Shown: positions 36,955 to 49,675 of the stretch, piece after piece
Layout: each line of letters opens with the position of its first letter
Position numbering within the stretch: position 1 is the stretch's first letter
Assembly (NCBI GenBank): GCA_038087875.1
Contig: CM075988.1
Span: 20,338,001 to 20,402,000, forward strand
Length of the DNA stretch: 64,000 nt
Reading direction: 5' to 3'
Source of the DNA: Malacoraja senta
Taxonomy: Eukaryota
The notes under the pieces: generated by a model
Database searches by the model: none
The model's input: the letters and a program-made list of their open reading frames with translations, nothing else
Told to the model about the DNA's origin: nothing
Position numbers and translations under genes: made by a program

Positions 36955-38044
36955 GTCCTGTCAGCTCCTTGCAATTTATACTTTCTATACTCAATAAGCC
37001 CACACTTCTTCCATTATCTACAAGCAACAGTCAACTGTTTTTCTTAAACTAGGTATGGGAACAGGGATTATTTAGTCGAGCTAAAACTCTCTTTCAGAGG
37101 GGAAGATTGCCTTGTCTTACCCTGCCTGACGCGAGGTCCTTGTGATTCACTCGTTGTGAGCAAGTTATTTTGCCGAGCACCTTATTATTTTTCTCAGCAA
37201 GCCTGCTCTCGCAGTCAGTGCTAAAAGCAGACAACTGATTAATGTATCTGAATGTGAGTGTTGTTGGCTATCAACTTTTTAAAAAACATTCGGACAAGTA
37301 CGTGGTTAGGATAGGTTTAGAGGGATATGGGCCAAACGCAGGCAGGTGGGACTAATGTAGATGGAACATGTTGATCGGCATGCGTAAGATGTGCTGAAAG
37401 GCTTGTTTCCACACTGAGGGCACTGACTCAATAACTCCATTTTAGCTGAGATATCTGCATTCTTCCCAATTGCTATCGGGCAATTGAATGGTCCCTTATC
37501 TGTTTGAGTGCTGTCCGGACCTCCTGTCTACCTAAATGGCGAGTTAACTTTAATCGGACTTTATCAGAATTTAACTTGCACTAAATGTTGTAACTTTTAT
37601 CCTTTTTCTATGCACTGTGGACGGCTTGATTGTATTCATGTGTAGTCCTTTCTTTGACTGGATAGCACGCAAACAAAAGCTTTTCACTGTACTTCGGTAT
37701 TGCATTACATTGCATTAAAAATAGTTTCTTAAAGACTGTCCCAAGTTCACAGTTAGTTTTGGCCCTTCGAATTTTACAATGCAACCCCCATTTTGTGCAT
37801 CAACATTCCAAGTTCTGTTCTCCTAGCCATTCCTCGGTCTTGAATGATAATTCATTATATTTTCTACCAATCTATGGACTATTTTTGAGCAATCTTACAG
37901 GATGCTGTGGTGACTGCCCAATGTTTTTGCTTTGGACGAGTGAGTGAACACCAATATCATTAGCCTCAATATCATCAGAGGCTTTTTATTGGACTCATCA
38001 CATGATTCAGAATTCTGCACGTCACAAATATTACTAGTATATAG

Positions 38045-38575
38045 AATATCATAAGATCATAAGTGATAGGAGTAGAATCAGGCTATTCTGCCCATCAAGT
38101 CTACTCCGCCATTCAATCATGGCTGATCTATCTCTCCTTCTTAACCCCATTCTCCTGCCTTCTTCCCATAACCTCTGACACCTATACTAATCAAGAATCT
38201 ATCTACAGTATCTCTGCCTTAAATATATCCACTGACTTTGCCTCCACAGCCTTCTATGGCAGAGAATTCCACAGATTCACCACCCTCTTACTAAAGAAAT
38301 TCCTTTTCATCTCCTTCCTAAAAAAACATCCTTTAATTCTGAGGTCATGACCTCTATTCATAGACTCTCCCACTAGTGGAAACATCCTCTCCACATCCAT
38401 TCTATCCAAGCCTTTCACTATTCTGTATGTTTCAATGAGGTCCATCCTCATTCTTCTAAACTCCAGTGAATATAGGCCCAGTGCCATCAGACGCTCATCA
38501 TATGTTAACCTATTCATTCATGGGATCATTCTTGTAAACCTCCTCTGGACCCTCTCCAGAGCCAGCACATCCTTA
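38045..38575 (-). mobile_element. CR1 LINE 3' fragment
   Basis: ORF 38518..38832 (RKDVLALERVQRRFTRMIP) and 38254..38517 (LGLYSLEFRRMRMDLIETY...VVNLWNSLP). Confidence 0.9.
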
Positions 38576-40671
38576 CGCAGAATATAGAACAGTACTGCAC
38601 AGGAACAGGCCCTTCGGCCCAAGATGTCTGTGCAAAAATGATGCCTCCTTAAACTAATTTCTTCCACTTGCAAGAGATGCATATCCCTCCATGTATATCC
38701 ATATATCTTAAGCACATTCGTTACTGGATCTTGAGGTATTACAAGACAAAATGTGACAATGACATTAAACTGTGCCAGTAACCCTGCATGCTGATTCTGC
38801 GGAGCAGTTTCAACATAACAGCATTGGACCAAGTAGGTTACTTTCGTTTATTAATGTTGGGTATATTGAGGTACAGTGAAAGGCGTATTTGTTGCATGCT
38901 ATCTAGTCACCAAATAGACTATACATGATTACAATCAAGCCATCCACAGTGTACAGATACAGGATAAAGGGAATAACATTTAATGCTAGGTAAAGTCTGA
39001 TTAAAGATAGTAAACCAGGCTTTAAACAATGTTAGCGAAGTCCCCAGCTATTCTTAAATGCCTGTACTAATATTTAAATAACCCAATTCCATTTATATCT
39101 GCCAGCACTTTAAAAAGTTTGCACAAGGGATGCAATGTTAATATTTTTAAATTCTTGGTCAATTTTCACTATTTTTACTGCTTTCTCTGGAGAAAAATAA
39201 AATAAAATGGAAACCATGCAAGGTCAAACTGCAATCCATCTCGATCATCCGGTGGAGGCCATTTATACAAAGCTGTTAGAGGCCGATCTCTGTGGCACTA
39301 ATATGTTTATTGTAGTGCCTGTGAAGCACATCATTGTTTTGTTCAATCATGAGTCAGGATAATTAAATAATCTGTCAGCAGACGTATATTCTGCTCGTAC
39401 CATATTACACCAGGTCGGTACGAGTGAAATTGAGACTGGGTTTAAACAAAGTTGAGGTCAATCAAAGTATTGAAGGAGGGACTAGTTTGGGTTCATCATC
39501 GTCAAGAGCTGGACTTGGTCAGGATGAGGAATGGGCTCAGTCAATAGCTAGATGATTACATGGACATGGAGCCCAGAACTAATGGAGCATGACCCATTTT
39601 AATAAACCATTTACTCCTTGAAATCACAACAGGAGTTGGAAACAATCATCTGTGGAAAGAGAAACGGGGTTAATGTTTCAGGTCAAAGACCCTTCATCAG
39701 CACTGGGAAAGGAAGAATACGCTCACTCTGCTTGCCTGTCTACACATGCTGACTGGGCTTTGAATATTTACAGCGATTTCCATTTTAAATCCCTGGTTTC
39801 CAACATCTGCCGTTCTTTCACCGTCACAAATGCCCTTTGTTCGTTTATCGCAACGTTTCTGAGGGAGACAATGTGAATCTAGTGGATAGATGGAACCAAC
39901 TAGTCTGAGATATGGGCACACCGAACCGTCCTCTCACAAATTAGAGAGTGGTCCTGACTTCCCATTCACACCATTGGAGACATTTGAACTATCTTTGATC
40001 GGAGTTTGTCTTACATTAAACATTATACCCTGTATCCTTTATCTCTAATGGGCCAGCCAGTTCTCAGCGGGCCAGGCAGCATCTGTGGAGGAAACAAACA
40101 GATAATGGTTTGGTTTTTACTCACGATTCCAGCACCTGTTCCTCCATCTTCACACTAACCGTTACATAACTGAAGACTTTCAGCTTCCCGTTCCAACTAA
40201 AAAAAACAGTGATTGCAAATTTCACCTCAAATAGGAAGATGTTTAAACTCTTAAATGGTTGCCTTTCTGAAATAAACGAGCTTAAAACTTGAAAGCTTTT
40301 CTCCAATGTTTAGAGGCGTCGGCAGGAACTTACTGGGACCCATGTTAGCGTTGCTTTTTGATCCAATCACCTTTCTGCCCCTTCTTAATATTGTTCTTGT
40401 TTTGGCTTTAATCGGATCAAGCTGTCTCGTAATTAAAAAGCTTCTCCGAATCGGTGGAAGCCGAACAAACAAAGAGACCCCGTTAGTGGCTTTCCAGCTT
40501 TAAAAGTATGAATCCATTATCACTACATGGGAGAGATTATCAAAGTGTGCCAAGATGTTCTTTTGAAGTTTGAAGTGATTATAAGGATTTGTTTTAGTGC
40601 AAATTTGTGATACATGTATTTATATATATGTTCAAGTTGGATGTGTTGAAGGCCTGCCTGATTACATCTGG

Positions 40672-40960
40672 GATGGCACCGTGGCATAGTCAGTAGACCT
40701 GCTGCCTCACAACGCCACAGACCCGGGTTCGAACTTGACCTCAGGGTACTGTCTGTGTGGAGTTTGCACATTTTCTCTGTGACCGTGTGGGTTTCCTCCT
40801 GGTGTTCTGGTCGTAGGGTAATCGGTCTCTGTAAACATCCCCTCATGTGTAAGGAATAGATGATAAAGTGGGATAACATAGAACTGGTGTGAAAGGAGCA
40901 TCGATGGGCTGAGCATAGACTCCGTAGACCGAAGGGCCCGCTTCGACACTGTATTTCTCT
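40672..40960 (+). mobile_element. HE1-related V-SINE (older variant)
   Basis: ggcaccgtggcatagtcagtagacctgctgcctcacaacgccacagacccgggttcga head. Confidence 0.75.
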
Positions 40961-41024
40961 TATAAAGAAAACTTCTATTTCCTTCCTCGCTCATTCTCCA
41001 TATCCAGTCGTCTGTCGTTCAATT

Positions 41025-42062
41025 TCAGCCACAGCCTTGTGCCTCTGACTCCAAAGATTGTGTGTGGGTGGGTGCCCTGCTCCAAGGGAAACATCTAAGC
41101 TCCCATCACAGTTCCCAGTGAATGATGCTCTGTCCCAGGGTAGGTGCATGGTACATTAAGCTCAGGTTCTCTTTGCACTCTCAAGTAAGATGTAAGCAAT
41201 GGGATGGTTTTGAAGAGGAGCAGGCTATCCCTCACCTAACAGTTAGAACATGCAACATAGAAGAGTAAAGCACAAGAACAGGCCCTTTGGCCCACAATGT
41301 CCAATACCAAGCATGACACCAAGATAAAATCTCCTCTGTCTGCTCATGATCCATATTCCCCCATTCCCTGCTTGTCCTGGTGCCTATCCAAAAGCTGCTT
41401 AAATGCTACTATCATAGTTGCCCCCACCACTATGCCCGGCACCCATCACTGTGTAAAAAGATAAACCCTGCACATCTCCTTTAAACTTTGCCCCTCCCAC
41501 CTTAAAGCTATGCCATCTCGTCATTGACATTGCCACCTTGGGGAAGAACGGCTCTGTAGCCTTTCACTGTACCTCTGTACATGTGACAATGAACCTAAAC
41601 CCTATCTGTGCCTCTCATAATTGTATATACTTCTATCGGGTCTCCCCTTAACCTCTGACGTTCTAGACAAAATTATCTAAGTGTCCAACCTTTCCTTGTA
41701 CCCTCTAATCCAGATAGCATATTGGAAAATCTCTTCTGCACCCTACGTAAAGCCTCCACATCCATCCTGTATTAGGGATCATGGAAATGGAACATGGATC
41801 ATAGAACTTTATAGCACAGGAACAGGTCTTGGGACCGACAATGCTATTCTGAACATGATGCCAAGTTAAATTTTATTTTAACTGCACATGATCCATATGC
41901 CTCAAAGATCTCATCATTTATTAACACATTGCTGATTTGGGGGCTTGCTACATGCAGCAGTTGCTACTACAGAACTGAAAGCATTTCATAAATGTTTATT
42001 TGGTGATAAAGTGTCCTTGGGTGTATGGAAGGGATGTGACTGTTTCTAGTTAAATGCAAATC
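41025..42062 (+). mobile_element. Ancient Deu-domain SINE (SacSINE1-like), split by CR1 insertions
   Basis: 5' half about 41025-41235 (gcctctgactccaaagattgtg...ctctcaagtaagatgtaa...ttttgaagaggagcagg) and 3' half about 41905-42062 (cacattgctgatttgggggcttgct...taaatgcaa) resemble the shark Deu-SINE as I recall it; highly diverged. Confidence 0.5.
41245..41900 (-). mobile_element. CR1 LINE 3' fragments
   Basis: acaggccctttggcccacaatgtcc tail; ctgcacatctcctttaaactttgccc...ccttaaagctatgcc. Confidence 0.8.
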
Positions 42063-43204
42063 ATCCATCACGCGGACCACACTCCTCACCATTGAATCCA
42101 TCTATACTGCACCCTGCCTTGGGAAAGCAGCCAACATAATCAAGTCCCTTTCCCTATCCCGAGCATTCTTCATCCTCCTTCTCCCTTCTCCCCTTGGGCA
42201 GCAGCTTGAAAGCACATATACCACAGATTCAAGAACAGCTTCTTCTACACTGTTGCTCCCCAAATGGTGCTCCCCAAAGTAGGGTACAGTCCTCATTCTC
42301 CAACATGCCTCATTACTGATATTGGATTCTTCCGACATGGCTGCACCCAATAGGCTACGCTGCCACCTTTCCATTAGTTGGTCGATTAGCCAATTTTGTT
42401 AACCAACCAATCCATGGACTTTCTTAAAAAATTTCCCACTCCTGTCTGACCCTGAAATGAACTAGAGGCAGCATTTGCTGGCTAGCTTTTAATTTCCCCC
42501 AATCTGGAACTGTTACACCTCAATGCTGAGACCTATATTCTGCACTCTGGAATTTTCCTCTTTGGTGTACTTGTTGTACTTGTGTTTGGCTAGATTGTAA
42601 AGTACTCGCGTCTAGTATTATCCGACGTGATTGCAGAGCTTACAGGCAAAGGCTTTTCATTGTACCTCAGTACACGCGAGCCAAATCCTGTTTAGAATGA
42701 TAACTCTGACAGCTGAAACAAAAAAGCAGGGAAAGTTCTGGTCAGAGCAGAAAGGTGGAACGGGGGAAACACTGGCAGAAACTGCAGAGAGAACTGAGTG
42801 AGTAATGCAATCAAATAAATGACTTCACTGCTGGGATGTAACTTCCTTTAAAGCTTTGTATTCTGGGCTCTGTGGTTCCAGGTTAAAAGCCATGCATCAC
42901 TCTCACATCTGCCAGCCACACTTGTTTTTGTCAGGTCTCAAGTCGGGTGGGCTGCCTCGTAATTTCATGCACTAAGACAGCAAAGGCTGGCTTGGGTTCT
43001 GGTGGTGCTCGTGAAACAGATGGAATTCGTGGAAAACATTTTGCACAGAAATAACTTTAGTATCCTCGAGGGCCGTGCACTTGTTGCTGTTCCTGGTGAG
43101 AGGAGCTATACCAAACCATGCTGCCAGCATGTTTATCAACAGCAGTGTTGCTGCTGCAGCTTCATACCTGCTGCTGAAGGTGACTTGCATCTTCTCCAGT
43201 TCCG

Positions 43205-43545
43205 TCATTGAGTCATACAGCGTGGAAACAGGCCCTTCGACCCTACTTGCCCCCACCGGCTAACATGTCCCATCTACACTAGTCCTACCTGCCCGCGTTT
43301 GGCCAATATCCCTCCAAACCTGTCCTATCCATGTACCTGTCTAATTGTTTCTTAAACATTGGGATCGTCCCTGTCTCAACTACCTCCTCTGGCAGCTTGT
43401 TCCATACACCCACCCCTCCTTGTGTGAAAAAGTGTGAAAAAGTTACCCTTAATTCCTATTAAATCTTTTCCCCTTCACCTTAAACCCATGTTGTCTTGTT
43501 CTCTTCACCTACTCTGGGTAAGAGACTCTGTGCATCTACCCATCC
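43205..43545 (-). mobile_element. CR1 LINE 3' end
   Basis: gagtcatacagcgtggaaacaggcccttcg...tacctcctctggcagcttgttccatacacc. Confidence 0.85.
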
Positions 43546-43932
43546 ATACTGAGGTGGTTGGAAAACCTTTGGAGATGCGGTAACCCCAGTTTCTGTTGTA
43601 TTGTTAGTTTGGGATGTATCTCTTTGCCCTGCCATCGTTTGTATTCAAGGTGCTTGAGACCTTCCTGGAGGCCCCTTTCCTACTTTGAACCTCCAGGGGT
43701 CAGGGGTCATCGACAATCAATGGGGATGCCTCTCTTTCTCATGAAAATTCTGAGAACATTCTAGAAGTATCTTCTTGGACCATCTCAAAGCATGGGGGAA
43801 ACTGGAGTGCCCACTCCAGCTAGTTCACATCCCTAGAAGTCCAAGATCACTTTACCCAGTAGATTAACGGTTTGGTGCTGGCTTTAGAGGTATTGGTCTT
43901 TGAATATGTCTTTCCCCAGTTGGTGGAAGACT

Positions 43933-44195
43933 AGGGCGGCACAGTGGTGCAGCGATCGAGTTGCTATCTTACAGCGTCAGAGACCCAGGCTCAATCCTGG
44001 CTACGAATGCAGTCTGTACAAGGTTTTAAAATTTCCCAGGTGACTGCGTGGGTTTTCTCCGGGTGCTCTGGTTTCCTCTCACACTTCAAAGACGTGCAGG
44101 TTTGTAGGTTAATTGGATTCTGTAAATTGTCCGATAGTATATAGTGTGGTGGTGAAACCAGTATTTCCACACTCTGTACAGTGTTTAGTTTAAGA
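43933..44195 (+). mobile_element. HE1-type V-SINE
   Basis: gggcggcacagtggtgcagcg head; V-domain gcgtgggttttctccgggtgctctggtttcctc. Confidence 0.85.
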
Positions 44196-44669
44196 ACTGA
44201 ACACTATGTTGACAGACTGGAGGCAGTGCTGAAATTTAGGTCATCGATGTTATAGAAAGAACAGCACTGAATAAATAAAAGATTTTACGAAGGAAAAGTT
44301 AGATTACAAAGTAAAGCAAGGTAGAAATATTTTTAAAAAACATACACCGTGTTTCTGTAGATATTTAAAAAAAGTTAAAAGTGGTCCTATAGAACTCGAG
44401 TCTAGGTAATTAATACAGGAAGACAAGGAGATGACCAATGAATTAAAAATATATTTTACAATATTCTTGACAAGTAACGTCCCAAAAATAATTGTAAATG
44501 GGAAATTGGGAGAAGCTTAGGAAAATTGCAATCCTGGTCAATTTGATGCAAGATTATTGTCATGGGCAAGAGTATGGTGAGGTACAGGTAGAATGAGATA
44601 TCATGCTTGCAGCAGCAGCATAAGGTCATAGATTCAGACAACGCACAAAAATATAAATTGCACGATATA

Positions 44670-45005
44670 GACATAGAGTCGTACAGCACAGAAATAGGCT
44701 GTAAGCTCAACTCGTTCATGCTGACCAAGATGTCCCATCTGAACTGATCCAATTTGCCCATGTTTGGCCCATATCCCTTCAAACATTTGCTTTCTGTGTA
44801 CCAATCCAAATGTCTTTTAAAATGCTGTTATAGTAGCTCTCCCAACTACCTACTCTGGCAGCTTGTTCCATACACATACCACCCTCTGTGTGGAAAAGGT
44901 TGCCTCTTGGGTTCCTATGAAATCTTTCCCTCTCACCTTAAACCTATGTCCTCTAAAATTGATGCCTCATCTCTGGGTAACAGACCCTGTGTCTCTACCC
45001 AACTA
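44670..45005 (-). mobile_element. CR1 LINE 3' end
   Basis: ORF 44456..44809 minus begins with ...SKCLKGYGPNMGKLD; antisense tail catagagtcgtacagcacagaaa. Confidence 0.8.
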
Positions 45006-45309
45006 TTCCCCTCATCACTCCTCCCAAATCAGTCAAAGTTATCCCAGAGGGAACATATATTCATTCAGACACAGTGGTGCCCAACATGATTGTATGAGTG
45101 GTAGGAGCAGGAAAGAGAAGGAATCTTGCCCTAGACCTGTCTGTGAGTGTTGGGGCCCGTGGTTAATTGCATGAAAGCTCAAATCATGAACATTAGCAAT
45201 GATGCCCAATATGGGAGCTAAACCCATCCTGTCGAGCAGATCTTAGCAACAGAAGACCCATTGAGCACTTCTCTTTCAATCTTTCACATAAAGAAAGCAA
45301 CAAATCTAA

Positions 45310-45910
45310 CCTGAATGGCTGCTCATCATTTGAACTTCTCTTCCAATTCCCACACTGTCCTTTCTGTCCTCGGCCTCCTCCATTACCAGAGTGAGGCCAC
45401 ATGCAAACTGTAGGAACAGCATCTCATATCCCACTTGGGTGGCTTACAACCAATTTTATGAACATTGAATTCTCCTATTTAACCACCAAATAACCCTTTT
45501 TAAATTTTCTTCTCTTCCCCCATTTCCTGTGCCCCATTTGGATGTGCACCCATTTCTCCCCTTCCCCTCCATCGTCCACCTATATTCTTTCCTCTGGCTT
45601 CACAATCCGTACCTCTTCTATGCTTATGTCACTCCTTTTGACTTTTCATCTCTGGCCTTTGTCCAACTACCTGCCCATCACAACCCCTCCTCACCTGTAT
45701 CCACCAATCACTCTCCAGGCTTTGTCCTGTCCCTTACCCCTTTCAGCTTCCTCCCCTCCTCCGCCGACCTCCATCCAGCCACAATCAGTACGAAGAGGGG
45801 ACCTGACCTGAAATGTCACCTATTCATGTTTCCCAGAGATGTTGCCCCTCTCACTGAGTTACTCCAGCACTTTGTCTCTTTTTACTAAACCAATAGCTGC
45901 AGTTCCTTAT
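45310..45910 (+). mobile_element. Penelope-like element 3' part (GIY-YIG C-terminus, UTR, pLTR)
   Basis: ctttctgtcctcggcctcctccattaccagagtgaggccacatgcaaactgtaggaacagcatctc encodes LSVLGLLHYQSEATCKL*EQHL; collinear with 21750-22435. Confidence 0.82.
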
Positions 45911-45959
45911 ATCCTTTGAATATTCACTCCAGACTCTAACCATAAATGATTGGCTTTGT

Positions 45960-46215
45960 AGGCGGTACACGGCGATCTTGGTACACGGAAGTGGAGGGGC
46001 GGCTGCTGGAGGTGACGGATGGTACGTTTGCGGTGGTCGCGGGCGGTGGTATTGATGGAGGCGGCTGCGGGAGGTCCTACAGCAGCCGGGCGAGCGAGCG
46101 GATCGAGTGCAGCCTGCGGCAGCTGCACGGAGCGGTGGTGGTGGGAGCCGACGGCATCGCGCTGGGCCAGTCCAGCCCCGACTTCACCCATTCAGTGCCG
46201 CCATGACACCGGGCC
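45960..46215. other. Isolated CpG-dense block (candidate exon, mini CpG island or head of a Rex1-tailed element)
   Basis: 28 CpGs counted in about 255 bp; in-register open frames on both strands (45946..46206 plus, 45907..46191 minus); no second copy seen in the window. Confidence 0.5.
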
Positions 46216-46699
46216 TTAAAGTGAGAAAATAAGAATCTGCAGATCTCCTTTGGCCAAGATCAGACACTTCAGAGATTTGGAAGTTGCAAGATGGCGCCGG
46301 GATGTAGCAACTCTCCGCTGTAGCAGAAAAGGATCTGTCATACTCATGTACAGTATGATTTGACTGGATAGCAGGAGGAACAAACATTTCCCTGTATCGT
46401 TGTACACGTGACAATAATTAAACTAGCTAACCAACATTATGGACACATTCTTTCATAATGTTAAATTCAGCAATAGCTTGAATTTATACATTGACCTGAA
46501 TGGGACATAAAGTATTTTGGTGGAGTGATATCAAACAAAATTCAAAACTTATTCTAGCAGATGGGGTTGATTGTAAGTTGCATCTTAGGGAAGGAGAGGA
46601 AGGTGGATGATTACGGAGCTGGAATTTAGAGGTTAGGGTCTCCGTGACAATGCAGAATTGAAGGGCTGTAGAGATGATGCAAGACTGTGGTGTAGGAGT

Positions 46700-47243
46700 A
46701 ATAGACAATAGGTGCAGGAGTAGGCCCTTCGAGCCAGCACCGCCATTCAATGTGATCATGGCTGATCATCCCCAATCAGTACCACATTCCTGCCTTCTCC
46801 CCATATCCCCTGATAGAGAGCCCTATCTAACTCTCTTGAAAGTATCCAGAGAACCTGCCTCCACCGCCCTCTGAGGTAGAGAATTCCACACACTCACAAC
46901 TCTCTGTGAGAAAAAGTGTTTCCTAGTCTCCGTTCTAAATGGCTTACCCCTTATTCTTAAACTGTGGTCCCTGGTTCTGGACTCCCCCAACATCGGGAAC
47001 GTGTTTCCTGCCTCCAGCATGTCCAAACCCTTAATAATCCTATATGTTTCAATAAGATCCCCTCTCATCCTTCTAAACTCCAGAGTGTACAAGCCCAACC
47101 GCTCCATTCTCTCAGCATATGACAGTCCTGCCATCACAGGAATTAACCTTGCAAACCCACGCTGCACTCCCTCAATAGCAAGAATGTCCTTCCTTAAAAT
47201 AGGGGACTAAAACTGCACACAATACTCCAGGTGTGGTCTCACT
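46700..47243 (-). mobile_element. CR1 LINE 3' fragment
   Basis: ORF 46823..47167 minus VQRGFARLIP...GLYTLEFRRMRGDLIETY...VVSVWNSLPQRAVEA. Confidence 0.92.
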
Positions 47244-49479
47244 AGTAAAATTTGGGTTTGGGGGGGGGGGGGGGGGGGGAAGATCTCGGAGGGTTTGATG
47301 ACACGACAGAGAACTCTAAAATGGGGCCGTGACCTGCTGCAACTTAAACTTTTGGATATCGAATAAATCCGTTGCTGTTGCCGCAAAAGTTATCTGCAAA
47401 ACTGTTTGTGAATGTTTCGGGCGATCTTGGAAGGACTTATTAAATGGTGATTCTGATCACAAGCAATGACTCACTGAGAGATGGGAGATGTTGACTGCTG
47501 TTGGCATCTGGAACGGTGTTGACAAGCGAAACAGATCAGAGGGATTCTAAAGGAGACAGACGGAACATTGGTTCCTGGAGAGAGAGCTGGCGATCAGATA
47601 ACAGACGTCTTGTTTCATCCAGTCCAAGAGTACAGGAGAGATGGTAGATATCCCAGTATCAAATGCTAATTATGTTGGAAACCTTTGTAATGTTCAGGAC
47701 CAAAATGCAAGTTTGCTGCCCTGTGGAACTATTACTTATTCTGTATTCATATCTAGTGCGGCCATGGAATTAAAAGCTCACGCAATCTTTGAAAGAAGTG
47801 TTGCAGCAGCCAAACCTATTGCTGCAATAACATCTTTTCCATAAGCACAGGGGAGCGGTAAGGGAGTTGAGCACTGGCTGTGTGTTAGTGGAATGGCTAT
47901 GGTCCAGGGTCAGGCCTGCCATTTCAGCACAGATGCTGACTTACATACAGCAATGAAACACATTTTGCAGATGTCTCACGCTCACATATAACGGTTCTTC
48001 AACCTCACTGAATCGCTAGCCAGAACAAACACTGATGTGAAAAGTCATTAAAAGCTGGACGGATTGTGCTCGGTGCACACATTTTATGCTATCTGGTAGC
48101 TAATTATTAAAGGCAGATCCACAGCTGTTTTCCCATCGTGGAGCTGAAGCTACAGTGAAATTTAAACTGACCTTGCACTCATTCCATCACAGTCCACTCA
48201 GTCCAGATACCAATCTTTTCATGGGTTCCAAACCCCAACTCTGCAACACTTTTTGCTGCTCTGATTACAGTTCACATTTCGTCCTTTCATTCCAGATCCT
48301 CTTATTTATCATGTAACTGCCTGTTGCAATAACTAATAGTTGCAAGCAAATACAAATGGAAACTAGTCATTCAGATGCTTCACCTTTCATGTTTCTGTGT
48401 CATCTTAAAGTATCAAAGTTGCAGCAAAATGATTCTGACACTTTCTACCGCAGCTGCCAAATGATATTGATCCCAGCACAAACTGTTAGTGCTTCCTGCA
48501 AAGCAGGCCTTGCAATCTAAATTTTATTTCCTCATCTAACACTTGAGCCCTCTGAGATCTTCCGAGGGTCGTTCTCATCCGAGGGCCAGGAGCTTTCTCT
48601 TGGATCATGCTCTGAAGCAGGGCTGATGGATAATGATGGGATGGAAGAAGCCTTGGCTTCAGTTCTTCATTATTGTTGATGACATATTTGACTATCAAGT
48701 TACCATTGGCTACATTCTTTGCTGCTGCAGCCCTGATCTCAAAAAGAGTCTGTTCCAATGGACTGGTAATGTTGCAACTGCTCTCAACCAATCATCTCAT
48801 GTTCTTTAAACACTAATTATATTAAACATTGAAAAGTTTCAATTCATGCCAAAGTTTTCAATTGAAAACATAATTCTGCTCTCTGTGTCTTCCCTTTTTC
48901 ACTATCTATTGTACATGAGTTTGATTTGGTTGTATTTACATATGGTATATCTGAGCTGCCTGGATAGCATGCAAAACAAAGCTTTTCACTGTACCTTGGC
49001 ACGCATGATAATAAACCTTACCTAATTAAAGACATTTGCACAGATATTGGTTTAATGGTTTGTAGAAACAAGGAACTGCAGATGCTGGTTTACTAAAAAG
49101 ACACAAAGTGTTGGAGTAACACAGCGGATCAGGTAGCGTCTCTGAAGAGCATGGATAGGTAATGTTTTGAGTCGAGACCCTTGTTCAGAGTTTATACTTC
49201 CTTAAAGGGAGTCTGTAGAGTCCTGGAACATCACCTATCCATGTTCTCCAGAAATGCTGCCTGATTTGTTGACTTATTCCAGCATTTGGTGTTTTTACTT
49301 GGTTTATTATTGCCATTGGTTAATTATTGTCCAAGATACAGTGAAAAGCTTTGTGCGATATCCAGTCAATTCATACTATACATGAATACAATCAAGCCAT
49401 ACGCAAGTAGAACAGATAGTGCAAAGGGAAAATACTGGAGTGCAGAATATAGTCTTACAGCATTATAGTGCTAAAGTTA

Positions 49480-49675
49480 TGGGCCTGTCCCACTTAGGCA
49501 ATTTTTTGGGGCGACTAGAGGCCACTGCCGCAAAATTTTCGACATGTTGAAAAATATTCGGCGACAGTGGCGACAATTTTTGTTGTCGTAGGTTGTCGCC
49601 GGGTGTCGTTGGTGAATTCCATTCCAAATAGTCCCTGGCAGTCGCTTAAAGAGTCGCCTAAGTGGGAGAGGCCCA
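49480..49675. mobile_element. PIF/Harbinger-type MITE (subfamily C, 196 bp)
   Basis: TIRs TGGGCCTGTCCCACTTAGGC / GCCTAAGTGGGAGAGGCCCA; perfect TTA TSD at 49477-49479 and 49676-49678; body matches 25423-25607. Confidence 0.92.

Noticed and set aside
46095..46190. Roadblock/profilin-like look of LRQLHGAVVVGADGIALGQS
   Set aside because: It is a short, low-information resemblance followed immediately by a stop; not supportable without a profile search.
47259..47279. Poly-G runs (also about 6770-6793) as functional G-quadruplex elements
   Set aside because: They are homopolymers at or within repeat junctions, of uncertain length, with no evidence of function.
48486..48791. 101-aa minus-strand ORF in unique DNA
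   Set aside because: No recognisable domain, a non-ATG start and no convincing splice sites.
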